Origin: Octopus sinensis
Taxonomy: Eukaryota
Length of the DNA: 10,666 nt
Assembly (NCBI RefSeq): GCF_006345805.1
Contig: NW_021827356.1
Coordinates: forward strand, 1 to 10,666
Direction: 5' to 3'
The translations under genes and the position numbers were made by a program. Below, one piece after another: positions 1 through 7,053 of this stretch (the stretch's first letter is position 1; every line of letters starts with the position of its first letter). The notes below the pieces were generated by a model. It saw only the letters and a program-made list of their open reading frames with translations. It did not search any database and was not told the DNA's origin.

Positions 1-49
1 GGCCATGCTGATGCACCACCGTGTGTATAAAATGTACATATTGTATTCT

Positions 50-1197
50 CACTGTCCCTTGTCTCCTCCGAGGCATTGTATCCCAGAAGAGGCGGAAGAA
101 CCATTTGGTCAATGGCTCAGATGGAATTTCGTGATCATTGGGACCCCGGTTTGGTTAATGACCAAAGCAAAGACGTATGAACTGTCCCCTTGTCATCGTC
201 TATCAATGGGTGTGACTCCCTGATCTCGCTCTGCTGCCTTGTAGATAGACTTTTCAGTCAAAGACTCCGGGTGGGGTCTCCTTAGCTAACCCCCTACTCT
301 GGCCTAGGCAACCAGGTAGTATACGCCTACTGGAAACCATGGATCCTTTTCTTTCTTTCGCCATGGTTTGGATGGCACGGGCAGGAGGGGCTCATCAGCC
401 ATGGTTGGCAACCCTCCTAGGAGAGGATAACTCCAATTTCAAACCTACGGCCTGAGGATCTCACTGTTACCGTCCCAGCTCATTAGGCCATGGCAGATGA
501 AGCTCGTGCTTAAAGGGTGGGGCCAGTTTGTGCGCACTGCACTTCACCTTAAAAAACTCTGTAGCGCAGGCCAAAGGACATGTCCATATTCTGTGACCAG
601 CCATCCTAAAAGCCCTGCAGTGATGGGAAAGGGGTGAAAGTGGAAGGTGGAAGATGTCACTGGAAGTCGTAGTCTCAACCCTACATGTAGGCAGCTCAGG
701 ACTTTGGTCACCTGGTTGTCGACCCAGATCCCCAGCATTGAAGCCACCCTACCTCCAATAAGCAGGGCATGTCTCCAGAATGGAGAACCATCGCCTTCCA
801 AAGATTGCCCTGTTTGGCGAGCTCTCCACCAGCCACCGAGTGAGAGGAGCGCCGAGGAAGCGCTACAAAGACTGCCTCAAGAAGTCTTTTACAGCATGTC
901 ATATTGACCACCAATGCTGGTCAGACCTGGCTGCGGACCGTGATGTCTGGCACCACACAATCTTCAACGCAGTCAGCAAGTTTGAGGAACAAAGAAGAGA
1001 CGCACTTAAAGACAAGTGACGCAGGAGGAAGGCGCGAGCCGCCTCTGACACGACACCGGATGTTACCTTCGTCTGTGGACACTGCTCACAGACCTGCCTT
1101 TCCCATATCGGACTTGTCAGTCATGAGCATTCATGCACGCGACATGGACAGCCTTCCTGATCTTCATTTGCGAAGACGAGCCATGATGATGATGATG
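50..1197 (+). mobile_element. Internally deleted (bipartite) non-autonomous RTE-clade LINE: 5' region + 3' end of ORF + (ATG)n tail; 5' boundary approximate
   Basis: RTE-type 5'-UTR motif GGCAACCCTCCTAGGAGAGGATAACTCCAATTTCAAACC at 407-445. At ~724 the sequence jumps to QIPSIEATL..AGHVSRMENHRLPKIALFGEL, the post-RT region of RTE proteins. Ends in GAGCC(ATG)5 at 1178-1197, followed by (TA)n. Confidence 0.8.
725..1160 (+). pseudogene. C-terminal remnant of the RTE ORF with a terminal CxxC-x12-H-x3-C zinc finger
   Basis: QIPSIEATL in one frame (725-751); after a frameshift, AGHVSRMENHRLPK...ALKDK (762-1016); in-frame TGA 1017-1019 (probably CGA>TGA); the same frame continues RRRKARAASDTTPDVTFVCGHCSQTCLSHIGLVSHEHSCTRHGQPS* to 1160. 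Confidence 0.85.
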
Positions 1198-1226
1198 ATA
1201 TATATATATAATATATATATATATAT
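1198..1226. repeat. (TA)n microsatellite directly after the first RTE tail
   Basis: Read directly; one interruption. Confidence 0.95.
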
Positions 1227-1442
1227 CTTCCTCCCACGTGTTCCTTGACCACTTCTCTCTCCCTATGTTTCTCTATGTCCCCCCCTTTCCATAACCACCA
1301 TCGCCATATATAAACTAGCGAGCGCATAATCGGGAATCCCACTCGCTTCGCTTCCAACTCCACTAACGAACGCACAGCTCATGAACGGCTAAAGTTAAGA
1401 AATTCTTCTTTCAGCCCCGCTTTCTTCTACCTTTGCACGTAT

Positions 1443-1519
1443 CATCATTATTCTTTCATTATTCTTCAATTTTTCTCTCATATTATTCTTTCTGTATCCT
1501 CTCATCATATTATTCTTTC
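1443..1519. repeat. Imperfect short repeat (CAT..TATTCTT(T)C, about 4 copies) in a pyrimidine-rich tract
   Basis: catcattattctttc, cattattcttc, catattattctttc and catcatattattctttc, read directly. Confidence 0.6.
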
Positions 1520-1862
1520 AGTTTTCAACATGCCATTCATGTAATGTTTTTCGTTTAGTCTTGTCTTCCTGTTGGTCCTGTTTCATAGCCACTTATCTTT
1601 CCCCAAAGATTTGACTTTCTCAGATTTTTCAAACCGACTTTCTTGCTCTCACGATTAACAGAACCTCTTCCTAGTTTGTGGTGCACCCGCCCTCTCACCC
1701 CATCCACACATGCCGGAAGTTCCTATTCTTTTCATCCCTGGGTTGCTTCCCATGAAGACTGCAAATGCTCTTTCACCATCCCTACCCCTAGTCTCGACCT
1801 ATGTAAGGTAATGTTCATACAGTGCAAAATATGAAAGGGTAGTGTTATGCAGGTTGAACTGA

Positions 1863-4800
1863 AGGCTACTGTATTACTTGCTCAAGAATTCTGCCAAATG
1901 CAAGCTTTCTTTTCAGGTACATGAAGCTACTGTCCACCGTCCCAGGGTCTCTAGGGCCCATACCTCGCACATCCTCCGGGTAGGCACACTGCAAGGTAGG
2001 TCTGGCGAGATAGTCGAGATGCTTGAACATAGATGTGTTGATATGTGCTGCATCCAAGAAGTAAGGTGGAGAGGAGGTTCTGCTAGGTTCCTCACAGGCA
2101 AAGAACACAGGTACAAGATTTTCTGGGCAGGGAACACTGACGGGGTTGGAGGCGTGGGTATACTTATCGCTGAGAAATGGGTAGATAAGGTAATTGAGGT
2201 AATCAGAGTATGTGACAGAATACTTAAGATTAGATTAGTGCTTCATCATGGATTAGCAACCATTATATCGGCCTATGCTCCACAGCCAGAGCTACCCGAT
2301 GGACAGAAAGACCGATTCTATGACACTCTACTGCAGACTACCTCATTGACGAACGACAGAGACCTTCTCTTTGTGGCTGGTGACTTCAATGGTCACGTTG
2401 GACGACATGCTAGGGGCTTCCATGGTGTACATGGAGGCTATGGCTATGGTTCCCGCAACGCGGAGGGAACCAGGCTGCTGGAGTTCTGCGATGCAAATAA
2501 TCTTATGGTTTGCAACACTAACTTCAGGAAACCTACCAGCCACCTAGTCATCTACCGATCGGGCCAACATACCAGCCAAATTGACTACATCCTTGCCAGG
2601 CAAAGGGTGAGATGGCTGCTTATAAATGCCAAAACCTTCCCAGGTGAAGAATGTATCCCGCAACATAGACTGGTAGTTAGTGACTTTAGGATCAGGACTA
2701 AGAGGACAACCAGAAGACGACCAACATGGAGAAGAAGGATCTGGAAGCTTAAAGATCCTGCGAATGGACAGAGATTTAGGGACATGCTACTTGAAGCCTT
2801 TGACGAAGTAGAAGGGGATAGAAGGCAACTGGACGTTTCTAAGGGACAACCTGCTGAGAGCCACTGACCAGATCTGTGGCTGGTGCAAAGTCCCCTCTCG
2901 TCCCAAGGTAACGTGGTGGTGGAACAATGTTGTAGACAGGGCTATTAGAGAAAAGAGACAGGCTTGGAAGGACTGGAAGTATGGTGGTAGCAGGGAATTG
3001 TATCAGACTGCCAAAAGGGAAGCTAGGAGACAGGTCTATCTAGCCAGAGGGTAAGCAGATAAGAAAAAATTTGCCAATGTTCTGCGTCGTGAGGACCAAA
3101 GACTGGAGGTGTTTCGTGTTGCAAGTCAATGTGTGAGAGAGAATTGTGATGTGGTAGGAGAAAAATGTGTTCGCATGGATGACGGCTCACTTGCGCTAAA
3201 TGAGGATGCAAAGAGAGAGGTTTGGAGACGCCACTATGAAAGGTTGCTGAATGAGGAAAAGGAATGGGATAAAGAGAGTCTGCCGAATGTTGACCCAACA
3301 GAGGGACCAGCTATCCGAGTTGACAGTTCCTTGATAGTTAAGGCAATTAGAAGCATGAAGACAGGGAAAGCCTCAGGCCCATCAGGAATCACTGCTGAGA
3401 TGCTTAAAATATCTCGTAGTGTCGGCTATAGCCTAGTCACCCGTATAGTTAACCAGGTGATTCACGAAGGAGTCATACCCAATGACTGGTGTAGTAGCAT
3501 AATAGTCAACTGCTACAAAGGTAAAGGTGACACTCTAGATACAAATAATTACAGAAGTATCAAGCTGTTGGATCAGGTAATGAAGGTTACGGAGAGGGTC
3601 AAAGCCCTACTAATTAGAGAGAGAGTTAGCGTAGATGAGATGCAGTTTGGGTCCATGCCAGGGAAAAGTACCACTGATGCTATATTCCTGGTAAGGCAGC
3701 TGCAGGAGAAATACCTAGCCAAAGATAAGCCCTGTACCTGGCTTTTGTTGACATGGAGAAAGCCTTCGACAGGGTCCCCGATTCCTTATCTGGTGGTCAA
3801 TGAGGAAACTAGGGATAGATGAATGGTTAGTGAGAGCTGTGCGAGCCATGTACAGGGATGCTGCTAGTAAGATGAGGGTTGGCAATGAGTACACTGAAGA
3901 ATACAGGGTAGAGGTTGGGGTCCACCAAGGCTCAGTCCTCAGCCCCCTCTTATTTTTCATAGTCCTCCAGGCAATAACGGAGGAATTCAAGACAAGATGC
4001 CCCTGGGAGCTCCTCTATGCTGATGACCTTGCTCTAATTGCTGAGTCGCTATCAGAACTGGAGAAGAAGTTTCAGGTGTGGAAGCAAGGATTAGAATCGA
4101 AGGGCCTTAGAGTCAACCTAGCTAAAACCAAAGTCCTGATAAGTAGGAAGGTAGACAAATCACATACGCCTTCAGGTAGATGGCCCTGCTCGATCTGTCA
4201 AAATGGCGTAGGTAGGAACTCTATAAGATGCACCAAGTGTAAGCTATGGACACATAAGAGTTGCAGCAATGTCAAAGGAAGGCTAACTAGGAAGATAGTT
4301 TTTGTATGTGGCAGATGCTCAGGAACAATAAACACTGAAAATGCTCTGAGACCAACTTCTGCCACTTTCCAGGGAGAAAAACTAGAAATAGTTGATAGTT
4401 TCCGTTATCTAGGTGACCAAGTCAGTAGTGGAGGGCGGGTGTGCTGAAAGTGTAAATGCTAGAGTAAGAATAGCTTGGGCAATGTTCAGAGAGCTCTTAC
4501 CTCTGCTGGTGACAAAAGGCTTCTCGCTCAGAGTAAAAGGCAGACTGCATGACGCGTGTGTACGAACAGCCATGCTACATGGCAGTGAAACATGGGCCGT
4601 GACTGCTGAGGATATGCGTAAGCTCGCAAGAAATGAAGCCAGTATGCTCCAATGGATGTGTAATGTCAGTGTTCATACTCGACAGAGTGTAAGTACCTTG
4701 AGAGAAAAGTTGGACCAAAGAAACATCAGTTGTGGTGTGCAAGAGAGACGTTTGTGCTGGTATGGTCATGTGGCGAGAATGGATGAAGATAGGTGTGTGA

Positions 4801-4973
4801 AAAAGTGCCACACCCTAGTGGTTGAGGGAACCTGTAGAAGAGGCAGACCCAGGAAAACCTGGGATGAGGTGGTGAAGCACAACCTTCGAAGTTTAGGTCT
4901 CACCGAGGAAATGACTAGAGACCGAGACCTTTGGAAGTATTCTGTGCGTGAGAAGACCCGGCAGGACAAGTGA
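1863..4973 (+). pseudogene. Disrupted APE endonuclease-reverse transcriptase ORF of the RTE LINE
   Basis: EN motifs CIQEVRW, SAYAP, AGDFNGHVG, SQIDYIL, QHRLVV. RT motifs MKTGKASGPSG, NYRSIKLL, QFGSMPGKST, LAFVDMEKAFDRVP (third frame, ~3738-3779), GVHQGSVLSPLLF, YADD (4016-4027), FRYLG, MLHGSETW, WYGHVARM. Lesions: frameshift ~2820, TAA 3052-3054, -1 at ~3733, -1 at ~3780, +1 at ~4436. Terminal TGA 4971-4973. Confidence 0.95.
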
Positions 4974-5078
4974 GACCATTACCCGTGGCCTCTACCTGGG
5001 ATGTAGCCAGTCGACTTATGCATACCTTTCCTTCTTGGGACACAAAACTCCACTTGTGAAGACCCGTTGAGGCAAGTG

Positions 5079-5132
5079 GAAATCAAAATCAAAATCAAAT
5101 AAAATCAAATCAGAACTAAAATCAAAGTCGAT
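5079..5132. repeat. Degenerate (AAAATC)n microsatellite inside the LINE 3' UTR
   Basis: aaatcaaaatcaaaatcaaataaaatcaaatcagaactaaaatcaaa, read directly. Confidence 0.85.
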
Positions 5133-5164
5133 CAACATCAATGAAAATTGTAGCTGCGATACCA

Positions 5165-5440
5165 ATGCCGGTGACACGTAAGCATACCATCCGATCATGG
5201 CCGTTGCCAGCCTCGACTGGCCCCCGTGCCGGTGGCACATAAGAAGCAACACCCGACCGTGTCCGTTGCCAGCACCGCCCCAACTGGCCTCCGTGTCGGT
5301 GGCACGTAAAAAGCACCATCCGATTGTGGCTATTGCCAGCCTTGCCTGGCCCCCGTGCCAGTGGCACATAAAAAGCGCCATCCGTCCATGGCCGTTTGCC
5401 AGCCCCGTCTGGCACCTGTGCGGGTGGCATGTAAAAATCA
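5165..5440 (+). repeat. Tandem array of ~62-nt units (4 complete + 1 partial) in the LINE 3' UTR
   Basis: Units start at 5165, 5226, 5293, 5355 and 5418 (lengths 61, 67, 62, 63). Approximate consensus GTGCCGGTGGCACRTAAAAAGCACCATCCGAYCRTGGCCGTTGCCAG-var-CTGGCCCCC. Confidence 0.92.
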
Positions 5441-5611
5441 CCCACTACACTCATGGAGTGGTTGGCGTTAGGAAGGGCATCCAGCCGTAGAAACACTGCC
5501 AGATCAGACTGGGCCTGGCGCAGCCTTCTGGCTTCCCAGATCCCAGTTGAACCGTCCAACCCATGCTAGCATGGAAAGCGGACACTAAATGATGATGATG
5601 ATATATATATA

Positions 5612-5830
5612 TAAGGAGTGGGGGCTGAAATGCTCCTGGCTTTAATGGTTTTGCAAAAGTCCCGGTTGAAGGCCCAACCTTCCAAGTCCTTATACAGGGT
5701 TGAGGAACACTGAAGAACCATTGCAATAAATGTGAGAATCTGAGAGAGGAATATGTTGAATGAAATCATAAGGAACTGATTCTCCTGTATTTTGTTTTAC
5801 CCAAAGCCAGGAACTTTTTAGCCCCCACCC

Positions 5831-5834
<4 letters not shown>
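5612..5834. mobile_element. 223-bp Tc1/mariner-type MITE
   Basis: Left TIR 5612-5643 TAAGGAGTGGGGGCTGAAATGCTCCTGGCTTT versus reverse complement of 5803-5834 TGAGGGGTGGGGGCTAAAAAGTTCCTGGCTTT (27/32 identical). TA on both sides (5610-5611, 5835-5836). No coding capacity. Confidence 0.85.

Positions 5835-5876
<42 letters not shown>
5834..5876. repeat. (TA)n microsatellite, about 21 units
   Basis: Read directly. Confidence 0.97.
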
Positions 5877-5878
<2 letters not shown>

Positions 5879-5939
5879 TATTATATATATCACATAATGT
5901 CAAACTCACAAAACATCAAATGATGATAAATTATCATGG

Positions 5940-5960
5940 TATATATATATATATATATAT
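5940..5960. repeat. (TA)n microsatellite flanking the third RTE fragment
   Basis: Read directly. Confidence 0.95.
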
Positions 5961-6208
5961 GCTCTCTGCTCTCTGCCTGATTTTAGCACTTCCGATGTTA
6001 TACCGTCTTTCCCTGGAGCCTTTCCGTTTTTCATCGAGCCGATGGCTCTTTCAACCTCACTGACAAGGATAGGTGGCACGTTTTCTTCCTGTTGGAGTGG
6101 TGGTCACGGCTGGACATTTCTGGTAGACTTAAAGAGCTTGGTGTAGAAGTCTTCACAAACTTTTTCCATCTCGCTCTTCTCATTGACCAGTATTCCATCT
6201 GTATTTTT
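5961..6208 (-). pseudogene. Inverted RTE ORF segment (EN-RT linker and RT N-terminal motif)
   Basis: Manual minus-strand translation from 6208: KNTDGILVNEKSEMEKVCEDFYTKLFKSTRNVQP*PPLQQEENVPPILVSEVERAIGSMKNGKAPGKDGITSEVLKSG. MKNGKAPG starts at 6034; one stop at 6104-6106. This frame is not in the supplied ORF track. Confidence 0.88.
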
Positions 6209-6753
6209 TCACGGAGAGTAAGGGCCGGATGGAAGGCGTTCAATGGCATAAGGGATGTGCTCAAGGGAAGGTTGGACAGGACCACCCGCGCCAACCTCAT
6301 TAACAGTGCAGTTCTGCCTGCAATGTTATATGGTAGTGAAACATGGGCTACCACAAAGAGAGAAGAGCAAAGACTGATAACGGCTCAAAGAGCCATGGAA
6401 AGGTCAATGCTTGGTATCTCGTTGAGAGGGCACATAAATAACAACATCATCAGAAAGAAGTCTGGCGTGAGAGATGTCATCGCAGAGTATACTCGCAGCA
6501 TGTATAGATGGGCTGCACACGTTGCCCGGCTCACCGATAATCGGTGGACGCACGCAGTTGTCGAGTGGTACCCGCGTGAGCGGAAAAGACCACCCGGAAG
6601 ACCTCCATGACAGTAGAGTGACGATTTCAAGAGGACGATTGGGATCATGTGGATGAGAAAGGCACGATCCAGAGAGGAGTGGACAGCGTGCTGTGACCAG
6701 CGGTGTCAAATGGACGCCTGACAGACTGGTCAGTCAAAGTGAAAGTGAAGGTG

Positions 6754-6754
<1 letters not shown>
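6209..6754 (+). mobile_element. 3' portion of a third, distinct RTE-family LINE with a (GAAAGT)-type tail
   Basis: SRRVRAGWKAF...VLPAMLYGSETW...YRWAAHVARLTDNRW...EWYPRERKRPPGRPP. Premature stops at 6608 and 6614; likely natural TGA 6719-6721; tail AAAGTGAAAGTGAAGGTGA 6736-6754, then (TA)n. Confidence 0.9.
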
Positions 6755-6788
<34 letters not shown>

Positions 6789-6819
6789 TATATGCATACA
6801 CACACACACACCACACACA
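6755..6819. repeat. Compound (TA)n/(CA)n microsatellite
   Basis: Read directly. Confidence 0.93.
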
Positions 6820-7053
6820 GAGTTTCATGTTTTTCTCCTAATTCGATTTTGATTTCTCCAATGGTATCTTACGTCTGTTGATTTAATCTATATTTTACGT
6901 TGTTTTGTTATTTCCTCCATAGTCAATTAATTTATTAATTAACCCCCAAGAAAATCCTCCTGAATAACAGCGCCCTCTTTAATTGTCTAACTCTCTCTCT
7001 ATCTCTCCCCCCAATATTAAACAAATATTATTAACCTTTTAGAGTTTATAAAT

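Larger units (their letters stand above)
1640..5600 (+). mobile_element. Near-full-length RTE-clade LINE (APE endonuclease, RT with embedded PHD finger, long structured 3' UTR, (GAT)n tail). The true 5' end may lie as far upstream as ~1227
   Basis: Continuous EN-RT homology 1863-4973; ~610-nt 3' UTR; terminal CACTAAAT(GAT)3G at 5583-5600, then (TA)n. Confidence 0.93.

Noticed and set aside
1-25. GGCCATGCTGATGCACCACC, possibly the end of another SINE
   Set aside because: Too short and cut by the window edge to support a call.
62-72. TCTCCTCCGAG also present inside the Helitron (~10159-10169)
   Set aside because: An 11-nt match between unrelated elements; compatible with chance.
50-300. HDV-like or twister ribozyme at the RTE 5' end (stems TCCCAG/TTGGGA, TTTGGT/ACCAAA, GTCTATC/GATAGAC; direct repeat ACTGTCCC(C)TTGTC at 51 and 181)
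   Set aside because: The hairpins exist, but I could not assemble the nested double pseudoknot (no TCCNCG loop with matching GG) or the twister core by eye; an Infernal/RNAbob search is needed.
5165-5440. CRISPR-like array
   Set aside because: Eukaryotic LINE UTR, no cas genes, and the variable parts are only 6-11-nt loops, not spacers.
5016-5726. ORFs 5016-5441, 5122-5559, 5197-5490 and 5451-5726
   Set aside because: Open frames caused by GC-rich tandem repeats; no protein motif recognised.
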